A stretch of 10,249 nt of DNA, from assembly GCA_024704765.1 (NCBI GenBank), contig JAKMXF010000167.1, positions 1-10,249 on the forward strand, written 5' to 3'. Source of the stretch: Oopsacas minuta (Eukaryota > Animalia > Porifera). This document shows, in pieces, positions 1 through 7,992 of this stretch. The notes under the pieces are model-generated. The model saw only the letters and a list, made by a program, of their open reading frames with translations. It had not been told where the DNA came from and ran no database searches. Numbering within the stretch: position 1 is the first letter of the stretch; every line of letters begins with the position of its first letter. A program made the translations under genes and the position numbers.

Positions 1-36
1 TGTTGCTGTCATTTGGCATATCTTACAAGAAGCCAC

Positions 37-217
37 CTAGTATATTAAATTTTCAATGAATATCAAATTATGTACTCTGAATTTAAGAAAAAGGATTTTA
101 GGGAAGCATACAAGTTTCTCAAACTCTCAATAAACAGAAATATTCATAGCAATAATAATACTATTCCTTCCATTTCGGAAATATTGAGAATGAACTGTAC
201 TCAAATAAGTTACTTAC
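37..217 (-). other. GT-AG intron (181 bp, phase 0) splitting the H2C2 zinc finger
   Basis: Minus strand: donor TCT|GTAAGT at 218/217 and acceptor TACTAG|GTG at 37/36. Removal gives the 29-residue His-to-Cys spacing typical of Gypsy-type integrases. Confidence 0.8.
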
Positions 218-390
218 AGAATCAATGATATGTGTATATAAGCCTTTCCATGTATATTGTTGCTGTATGGAATCAACAGTGGCATTGATTCCAGGGTGAC
301 CAACTTGATCATAATGTTTTTTATTATATCATCCCTTTCCGTTTCTAACGGGACTTCCAAATCAACTGTTGAACCATTGATGTCCACTTT

Positions 391-536
391 CTAAATAATT
401 GTTCATATGATATTGCATCAATAACTTGAATATTTATATACAGTAGTGTTCGCCTATTTGCAAGCATATTTCGGCAAGGTGCCACTTACCATTTGGCGAA
501 CACAACTGTAGATTATAAATAACATTGAGGTTTTAC
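391..536 (-). other. GT-AG intron (146 bp, phase 0) in the Ginger1-like transposase
   Basis: Minus strand: donor AAG|GTAAAA at 537/536 and acceptor TTATTTAG|AAA at 391/390. Joining preserves the reading frame (LYK-KVD). Confidence 0.7.
441..508. mobile_element. 68-bp MITE-like insertion (Tc1/mariner-type ends) inside the transposase intron
   Basis: TA|CAGTAGTGTTCGCC...GGCGAACACAACTG|TA: 14-bp terminal inverted repeats with 1 mismatch, and TA on both sides (439-440, 509-510). Confidence 0.7.
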
Positions 537-784
537 CTTGTAAAGTTTGTTGTCCTCACCGAGAAAATATCATGAACTTTTCTTCTAAAATTCCATCTTT
601 TTGTAGAGGAAACTTCGTCAGGTTCAGGATATGTTCCAACGTTTAAAAACTTTACAATTTCTTCATAAAATACTTCCCTCTTTATTGTTACTTACAAATT
701 ATTTACAATTTATATGCGAATTCGAGAAAGCTATCCTGGTCACAAATGTGTCATGTCATTATTACGTCAATACTACAAATAAAC

Positions 785-872
785 CGCATGATGATAACTA
801 CTTATTCTGTGCCTCAATATTCTACAGTAGATATTCATCCACGGTTTATGTATACAGTGCCTCAATATTCTA
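785..872. repeat. Terminal inverted repeat remnant of Ginger1 copy A
   Basis: Aligns to the reverse complement of 9612-9724 with 6 mismatches in 88 aligned bases plus one 25-bp gap. Contains GTGCCTCAATATTCTA at 809 and 857 (48-bp period). The outermost ~24 bp seen in copy B are absent. Confidence 0.85.
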
Positions 873-914
873 TATTCTCGTTGCATAGCAGTTTTCCTCT
901 TTTCCTAACTGTGC

Positions 915-1330
915 ATGCGTGATAATACATTTGCGTTGATGTTTTCTTTGCCTCTTCTGTGAATTATTTCGAACTGATACTCCTGTATCAACACAACTCA
1001 TCGCCATAATCGACCTACTGCCTTGTGAATCTGTAACCATCCTAATGGTTTGTGATCTGTGATTATTACAAACCGTCTTCCTATTAGATAGTTCCGAAAT
1101 CGTTTGAGTGACCCAACAATAGACAAACATTTTGTTTTATTGTACTATAATTTCGTCCTCCACCACGCAATGTTTTGCAATAATATGCAATCACATGTCC
1201 CTCCTGCTCTACAACTGCTCCTATGCCCGTAGGACTAGCATCAGAGTACAATTCGAACTGTTTGCCAAAGCATGACACTGCAGAACGGGTGATGAAGTTA
1301 GTATTTGTTTCAACTTTACACAAGCTGCTT
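915..1330 (-). pseudogene. pol: Gypsy RNase H domain (frameshifted)
   Basis: FELYSDASPTGIGAVVEQEGHVIAYYCKTL...RNYST, then in a shifted frame CLSIVGSLKRFRNYLIGRRFVIITDHKPLGWL...YQFEIIHRRGKENINANVLSR. These match the DAS, TDHKPL and N-x-x-AD-x-LSR motifs. Confidence 0.9.
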
Positions 1331-2250
1331 ATTCCTTATCATTCCATGCAAAAGGAATTTCCAAGCCAAGCAGACGATCAAATGGATCTGCTATTGTAGC
1401 GAAGTTTTGAATATATCGCCTATAGTAGCCTGCTAGACCAAAAATTGCTTCAATTGATTCTTGCTACCTGGCCGAGTACAATCATTTATTGACTTTACTT
1501 TGTCATTTTCTGGTTCCATCCTACACTTGAAAATGTATGCCCCTAATTGGCTACCTTTCCTTTTCCTATCTCGCATTTCTTGCCCTTCAATGTTAAGTTG
1601 TTTCTCATAACCTCTCGAAAACTTTTCTAATACGTCTAGGTGAGGTGCTTTATCTGCTGAGAACACCAGTATATCATCAATGAAGTGGTCTTTGTGCTTT
1701 TCAAGACAACGTAGCACTCCATCCATCATTCGTTGGCAAGAACTTGCTCCTCCAGTCAACCCAAACGCCAAGACAATATATTCGTTTAATCCATTTCCAG
1801 AACCCGGAGAGAATGCTGTTTTCTTTTTGTCACTTTCCTTAATTGGAACTTGCTAATAACCCGAATTAAAATCCAATTTCGTGAAGTACTTCATCCCACA
1901 TATCTTGTCCTGTGCTTGATCAGGAAGTGGGTGTGGATACACGTCTCTAGGCGTAACTTTATTCATCTTTGATAATTGATGCAGAATCTAAGTGATCCAG
2001 CTTTCTTCTTTACCATGACAAGGCGTGACAGCCAAGAGTTACTGGATAATCTCATTACATTTCTTCTTAACATTTCCTCAATTTGTGAATTAACTTCTTC
2101 TTGATAAGCTCGAGGTACCATTCTTGGAGGGATTTTAACAGCACCAGCATTTCCTGTCCTAATACGAAACTCTTCTACCATGGCAATTCCGGGGACAGAT
2201 GAAAATAGTTCTTTATACTCATTGAGGATATCTAGCTAATCGTTCTCCAC
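1331..2250 (-). pseudogene. pol: Gypsy reverse transcriptase domain (stops and frameshifts)
   Basis: VKIPPRMVPRAYQEEVNSQIEEML...LVMVKKKAGSLRFCINYQR; NKVTPRDVYP...YFTKLDFNSGY*QVPIKESDKKKTAFSPG...AFGLTGG...FIDDILVFS (FIDD at 1673-1684); LAGYYRRYIQNFA. Confidence 0.92.
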
Positions 2251-2479
2251 GACGGGCACCTCATACACTGCTCTATTCCGGCAATCAGAGTGACTCCCGT
2301 ACACTCCCTGCCATTGTCTCCTACATCTGATGGAGTAGGTGTAGTTGCTCCTAAACCTTGCTCTGAATGAACTGGACAAATAGTGTTTTGAGTTAACATT
2401 CATTCTTGAACGAGGTTAGCATTATCATACATGTTGATCATTCCCAGGGTTGCACTCTTAACAGTTTCTGGTCAAAATC

Positions 2480-2600
2480 AATAACAACTCGATGTTTTGT
2501 AGAAAATCCATTCCCAAGATTCAATCCTCCGCTAAAGGTAAAACTACAATAAATTCATGGGAAGATTGAAGTTCCCGATGGATAATTCCAAGCAAAAATC
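2480..2600 (-). pseudogene. C-terminal remnant of retroviral-type aspartic protease
   Basis: HEFIVVLPLAED*ILGMDFL, with the ILGxDFL motif at 2500-2520. No D(S/T)G catalytic motif is visible between the zinc knuckle and this segment, implying a deletion. Confidence 0.65.
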
Positions 2601-3180
2601 CATCCATCATATTAATCTTGCCGCAATCTCTTGCTATGTGCCCTTGACCTCGACAAGAAAACCATCTTATTATTCTTTCTCTCCTTCTCATACTAATATA
2701 GTCGCGTTCAGACCCCCTTCTATTAGCCCTTTGATATCCTTCCGTCTTCTCCATCCGCACGGGATCCAACGCTGCATGTTGTTTCGCTATCGTTGCAATC
2801 CAAAAGTGTCAAATCGCTTTACTACTTCATTTAGGCTTCTTATATCCCCCTTAGTGATGTCCTGACTATTCAAGCCTTGTTTGGACTGAACAATTGAAGC
2901 AACTGGTCCTCCCTCAGACTGAACCAAGGATTTACTTCCTGACCGTATAAGCACCTGTGCCGATTTGATGGCTTGAACTTTTGGGGTGATTTGTAATTAT
3001 TGAATTCCCTTGTATATCTCTCAAGAAGTCCCAATTCTGACAATGCCCAAATATGATAGTATTCATGATAAAATACTTTGGAGAAATCGAATCGAATGTA
3101 TTATCAGGCAGTAGGGGACAAACGGGGCATTTCTTCGGGATTTTCAAATCCTTGCCACGCCCCTTCCACGGGTCGACCAA
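2601..3180 (-). pseudogene. gag: gag-like region with degenerate CCHC zinc knuckle
   Basis: WFSCRGQGHIARDC at 2623-2664 fits CX2CX4HX4C with the first Cys replaced by Trp, preceded by an Arg-rich stretch. The upstream part is assigned by position only. Confidence 0.65.
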
Positions 3181-3196
3181 ATCCTGGGACGACACC
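3180..3196 (-). promoter_or_regulatory. Candidate primer-binding site of the Gypsy element
   Basis: Minus strand GGTGTCGTCCCAGGATT directly follows ...TAACA. Its complement AATCCTGGGACGACACC resembles a tRNA 3' end lacking the last A. The cognate tRNA was not identified. Confidence 0.45.
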
Positions 3197-3407
3197 TGTT
3201 ATCAGGATATGGAATTGGGTATGTACTTTATTGTTTACTAGATGATTTGGAAATAACTGTCAAGTTTTTCCTGATTGTAACGATCGATTTTCGGCCGGGA
3301 CACAGCAGGTCCTTGGATGATTAAATTTTACCCTGATTCCCAGCTTGCAGGGATTTTACAATTACATAAAGATAAGTAATACCATATTTTACAATCAAAT
3401 TGTAACA
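3197..3407 (-). repeat. Candidate 5' LTR (~211 bp)
   Basis: Bounded by TGTTA...TAACA, with minus-strand AATAAA at 3232-3227 about 30 nt before its inner end, adjacent to the PBS-like sequence and upstream of gag. There is no second LTR to confirm it, so the outer boundary is uncertain. Confidence 0.5.
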
Positions 3408-5784
3408 CTATAAAGATTATCTATTATCTGGTACTTTATCTAAGTATTTTATGGGATGAATTACTAAATGAGAGTTGGATCTATAATTTCAATCCTGTAC
3501 TACAAAGTATCTTGGCTGTCTGATCTTAAATTCTTTTCAATATCATTCAATAACTTAAGTTGATTTGTTTATAGCAGTTTGCCCATAAAGTAAATTCCAG
3601 AAATAAGAGACTCTCAACATTTTCTTGGATCTTAATACGCTCATCGCTGCTGAAGTTCTACGCAAATTTTGAACTCATGTTCACTGGCACCTGATCCAAT
3701 AGCTGCAGGCAAATATCGACAAACCAGTTTGCCTGCTGTGGTCATTGTACAGACTTTGCCTTTGGATCGTCATCATTTTCAACCCGATTTTCAGTAAATA
3801 AGCATACACCTGTAACTTTTGAAAGTATCAACTAAGTTGTCATCATCACTTTCAGAAGACCCAACCACTTCGCTTTGGAATGAATTCAGTTCAGAACTAT
3901 CATTGACCAGTTGGTTCTCTTGTGAGCACAAAGCAGGAAGGGTAAGTTTATATATTTCAGCCAAATGTACATCTTTAATAATGGTAACATTTTACCTTTG
4001 CTAAAACCACGAGTCTTGTATCGAGGGTCTAAGATCGAGACGTTCATTCATTTCATATTAGAAATTCATTAATGTTTTCTCCTTTCTCAATTTGGATGAC
4101 TGTTATCATGATTTCAATCGAATTTTGTTGGGTTGGCCGGGACTTGCACTTCTTAAGAGTATACGTGTACCCTTACCAATTCGGGTATATCAATGATACT
4201 CTATATGATTAGACTTCTCCTATCATCTTGTTTGCTCTCTGTGCTTGTGTCATATCAATTCCTCTCATCCTTGACGATAGCAAAACCAATCCAGGACCGA
4301 TCGGCTCAAATCAAGATACATATCAAGAATAAGGTGATATATTTAGATATTTATCAAAAATCTTCTTGGGTTTCTATTTGTATTAAGTTCAATACTCGCA
4401 TAATTTTTAGTATTCCCTAGAAATATCAAGTTGATAGTAAACTTCATCCGCTCAACTTTTGTTCATAGGAAGAGATAATTTAACAGTTGTCAGTCAAAAT
4501 TATATCCATCTATGTGGGGGTAAATTTTCAAAACTATCCTCACAATAGCTTCATGCAATTATCTACTATAATTTGGAATAACTAAGTGATGCATATCTAG
4601 GGTTTTGTGAATTAATTAATGAAATTTATTCTTATATAAATGTCTTATAAAGTTAATATCTTGATTTAATTGCAACTCAATAATGCGTTATTAGAATAGC
4701 ACGAAACTTTACAGAAATATTGTACGAATGTAATCACCTCATTGAGAGCATTAATAGGCTAGTACACATAAATCAACCATTAATCATAACATTATTAAGA
4801 GTCGGAGTGTTTAAATATTTAATTACACTCAATATCCTGAAAGTACAGATATTTCTAGAAAAAGTCACAGGATCCTCGTGTAACATGCTCAGTTAGAAGG
4901 TAAATCAAAATTCTTATCTGGGACATATACGAACATATTTAACAAAGAACTTAGTCACTCAGAGCCTCGTCCAGAGATTGATCCTCTATTATTCGTTATC
5001 CCATCTTTGAAGTCTCTATTAAACATTTCATAATTTAATTCTGTATAAATAGCCACTGATAGTTCAATAATTCTCATATGCTAGCATCGGAATGAACTGG
5101 AAATATGTCGTTTACCTCATGATACATATTATTCTAAGGAGTGGATGCAACCTAGGGAATGTTTCTAAAATAGCCATAGAAGTTTAGATCTGTTGGTAAT
5201 CTGCAATATTCAATTTTTCTTTAAAGGTTATAAGTTCATTCTAATATTTTTACTAGAAGTTGAAAGGCATTTCCTATTGACTCGTATGAAAAAAGTTTGG
5301 CTTCTAAAGAGTCATAATATATTGAATCACAAGCAACAAATAGCGAGGAATATTTTATTTTATCTACATGGGTAGAGCCCATTCACAGGCCGCATCCCAA
5401 ATCTTATTTTACCTACTCTGACTCATAGATTCTCTTATAACCACTCGACTGACTTGATGAAACTCCTTGCGAGTTTTGGCAATTCTCTTCAGGTCAAGAG
5501 TGAAAACTTGGCTCAAGATATTTGATGTTGGAAGTGTATTTAATGAATCTCTTCCCCTTACTCAGCCTCCACAAAAAATTGTAATAGATACTGGGGGAAG
5601 TGTACATGAATTGTTGGAGACTAATTCTCATGTTGAAAATGAAACTAACAAAGTTAGGAAACTAGACTATTTAACTAGAAATGACTGAATGGCATGACAT
5701 CTGCATTACTAATTTTAAATTGAATGTCATTATCAAGAAATTGTGGTAATATCTTTGCTGAGAATTTTCATGACATAAATACAA

Positions 5785-6335
5785 CTAGCATGCTTTGCTT
5801 GCTAGCGCGCTGTGCGACAACTTAGGGCTCAGGTGAGTATACTCCATACAATTTTCATTTAATGCCTTCTGTGTGGATGATGGAGCTGCTAGATGGCTTT
5901 TGGTTAGTAATCTGGGCACTTCGTGTCTGTAGTATTATAAAATTCTCAAAATATCGAAATTCGGGAAATTTTGAATATTTTGTACACTCATGATGACCCA
6001 CGAATCCTATGTTGAACTACCATTGGGGCAGAACTTTGACCTCAGGACATTTGGCAAATTGAAAGGTACGTGTGGTTCAATTTTCAAACTTCAATAATAC
6101 GTATATTGGCTGAGCAGTGGTCAATAATGTGATTTTCGAAAATTCAAAATGGTGACACTATGTCATAACTTCGTCATAGGTGTGAACCTTCGTCCAAGAC
6201 TCAAACCTCTCTGACCAGGCCAAAATACTCTGTATGCCAAAAATCAATCCTTGAGGTCTTACAGTTTAGTCATCAATTCCGAACATACAAATAAATACAT
6301 ACATCATAGGATGAATTTCGTTTTATTAGTATGGA
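5785..6335 (-). mobile_element. Non-autonomous Helitron-type element (~551 bp, Lep1-like ends)
   Basis: The minus strand starts A|TCCATACTAATAAAACGAAA, has a (TGTA)n-like tract near the 5' end and a GC-rich imperfect palindrome (~5789-5816) near the 3' end, and terminates CTAG|T. It sits between A and T with no target duplication, which are Helitron hallmarks. Confidence 0.7.
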
Positions 6336-6458
6336 TATGCGTGCTGAAATTTATATATTATCGGTTGAAAAAGACCCAGTCGTAAAGTAAATTTGCTTTT
6401 TCTTCACAGGTAGAGCTGAATGTTCAGTACTTTGTGCAAGATCCATTTGTTGTATATA

Positions 6459-6486
6459 CAGTTAAGGGACAAAAGTATTCGACCAC
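6459..6486 (+). mobile_element. Possible single Tc1-like terminus
   Basis: TA|CAGTTAAGGGACAAAAGTATTCGAC resembles Tc1-family ends. No matching opposite end is visible; it could lie in the gap. Confidence 0.3.
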
Positions 6487-6542
6487 ACAAATATATTGTC
6501 ATAAATTGTATACTCTTTCCCGTTCCTATACACTGTATAGTC

Positions 6543-7507
6543 NNNNNNNNNNNNNNNNNNNNNNNNNNNNNNNNNNNNNNNNNNNNNNNNNNNNNNNNNN
6601 NNNNNNNNNNNNNNNNNNNNNNNNNNNNNNNNNNNNNNNNNNNNNNNNNNNNNNNNNNNNNNNNNNNNNNNNNNNNNNNNNNNNNNNNNNNNNNNNNNNN
6701 NNNNNNNNNNNNNNNNNNNNNNNNNNNNNNNNNNNNNNNNNNNNNNNNNNNNNNNNNNNNNNNNNNNNNNNNNNNNNNNNNNNNNNNNNNNNNNNNNNNN
6801 NNNNNNNNNNNNNNNNNNNNNNNNNNNNNNNNNNNNNNNNNNNNNNNNNNNNNNNNNNNNNNNNNNNNNNNNNNNNNNNNNNNNNNNNNNNNNNNNNNNN
6901 NNNNNNNNNNNNNNNNNNNNNNNNNNNNNNNNNNNNNNNNNNNNNNNNNNNNNNNNNNNNNNNNNNNNNNNNNNNNNNNNNNNNNNNNNNNNNNNNNNNN
7001 NNNNNNNNNNNNNNNNNNNNNNNNNNNNNNNNNNNNNNNNNNNNNNNNNNNNNNNNNNNNNNNNNNNNNNNNNNNNNNNNNNNNNNNNNNNNNNNNNNNN
7101 NNNNNNNNNNNNNNNNNNNNNNNNNNNNNNNNNNNNNNNNNNNNNNNNNNNNNNNNNNNNNNNNNNNNNNNNNNNNNNNNNNNNNNNNNNNNNNNNNNNN
7201 NNNNNNNNNNNNNNNNNNNNNNNNNNNNNNNNNNNNNNNNNNNNNNNNNNNNNNNNNNNNNNNNNNNNNNNNNNNNNNNNNNNNNNNNNNNNNNNNNNNN
7301 NNNNNNNNNNNNNNNNNNNNNNNNNNNNNNNNNNNNNNNNNNNNNNNNNNNNNNNNNNNNNNNNNNNNNNNNNNNNNNNNNNNNNNNNNNNNNNNNNNNN
7401 NNNNNNNNNNNNNNNNNNNNNNNNNNNNNNNNNNNNNNNNNNNNNNNNNNNNNNNNNNNNNNNNNNNNNNNNNNNNNNNNNNNNNNNNNNNNNNNNNNNN
7501 NNNNNNN
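6543..7507. other. Assembly gap (965 N)
   Basis: Continuous run of N. True length and content are unknown. Confidence 1.
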
Positions 7508-7810
7508 AAAATTATGCCAAAATAGGATCTAAGGAGCAGGCAGTTATTTCTACACATAAATGGTGAAATCATTTTGATATATTAAGAAATACCAAAGTTA
7601 TTATGTAATGTAGTCTGATGGTAATGACAGTCCATGGTACAAAAATTTCAATAGAGTGCCATTGCCTTAGTATATAGAATGCTATGCTTATACCAAAGAG
7701 TGAATTCTAAATATTATTGACTGTCTGAAATTAGCCTCTGCTCTTAGCCATAGGAAAAGTAGAACTGACTACTATCTTTTACTAAGTAAGCTATTTAGTT
7801 AGATTTTTAC

Positions 7811-7839
7811 GTTTCCCGCAAACAACGTTAGCGGGAAAC
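7811..7839. repeat. 29-nt hairpin whose arms are inverted E2F-consensus-like motifs
   Basis: GTTTCCCGC-A-AAC-AAC-GTT-A-GCGGGAAAC: 9-bp perfect stem, A/A mismatch, 3-bp stem and 3-nt loop. TTTCCCGC matches the TTTSSCGC consensus. Confidence 0.6.
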
Positions 7840-7992
7840 CACCGAAATGGGACCAATCCTCAAGATTGATTTGGAAGTGTCTTCATTTTAGAAGGTATTT
7901 AGCTGTTTTTCTGAGAGCATAGAGAAGAAATTTCCAAAAACCCTCTATTATGATTATTTATTTACTCTATTCTACAAGCTACTATATTTTAG

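Larger units (their letters stand above)
1..690 (-). pseudogene. Ginger1-like transposase (Gypsy-integrase-related), N-terminal exons ~690-537, 390-218 and 36-<1; frameshifted
   Basis: Manual spliced translation: IKREVFYEEIVKFLNVGTYPEPDEVSSTKRWNFRRKVHD(fs)LGEDNKLYK / KVDINGSTVDLEVPLETERDDIIK(fs)HYDQVGHPGINATVDSIQQQYTWKGLYTHIIDS / VASCKICQMTAT. Splicing yields H-X5-H-X29-C-X2-C. Frameshifts fall near 565 and in the T-run at ~317-322. No start codon was identified. Confidence 0.8.
1..872 (-). mobile_element. Ginger1-type DNA transposon, copy A: 5' portion (terminal-repeat remnant plus first transposase exons), continuing beyond the left window edge
   Basis: 785-872 is an inverted copy of 9612-9724. 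Inward of it lies a spliced minus-strand gene encoding a Gypsy-integrase-like N-terminus (YP motif, H2C2 finger). Terminal inverted repeats plus introns plus a Gypsy-like integrase is the Ginger1 architecture (established knowledge). Confidence 0.75.
880..3407 (-). mobile_element. Degenerate Ty3/Gypsy LTR retrotransposon, 3'-truncated (LTR-gag-PR-RT-RNase H; no integrase or 3' LTR in window)
   Basis: Domain order gag-PR-RT-RH with no integrase between PR and RT is Gypsy-type. Many stops and frameshifts. Confidence 0.9.

Noticed and set aside
809-872. CRISPR-like reading of the 48-bp-period repeats (also 9611-9675)
   Set aside because: Only two units per site, spacers are homologous between sites, and the context is eukaryotic with no cas genes.
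631-888. 85-aa plus-strand ORF
   Set aside because: Antisense to the Ginger1 exon and overlapping the terminal repeat, with no recognisable motif.
1673-1684. FIDD instead of YxDD in the reverse transcriptase
   Set aside because: A single substitution in a heavily decayed copy, and F at this position occurs in other reverse transcriptases, so it is not evidence of novelty.
2557-3241. Plus-strand ORFs 2557-2865 and 3053-3241
   Set aside because: Antisense shadows of the Gypsy gag region.
4193-4420. 75-aa ORF with a hydrophobic, signal-peptide-like N-terminus
   Set aside because: Hydrophobic runs are expected from T-rich DNA, and there is no other support.
5467-5688. ORF containing VIDTGGS, resembling an aspartic protease D-T-G motif
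   Set aside because: No downstream ILGxD motif or neighbouring retroelement domains; a short motif like this arises by chance.
6391-6455. Strong splice-acceptor-like site (TTTGCTTTTTCTTCACAG|G) as a possible host exon
   Set aside because: No convincing donor, no recognisable peptide and no neighbouring exons.
6420-7572. Three long ORFs (348-370 aa) in the ORF track
   Set aside because: Artefacts of translating through the N gap.
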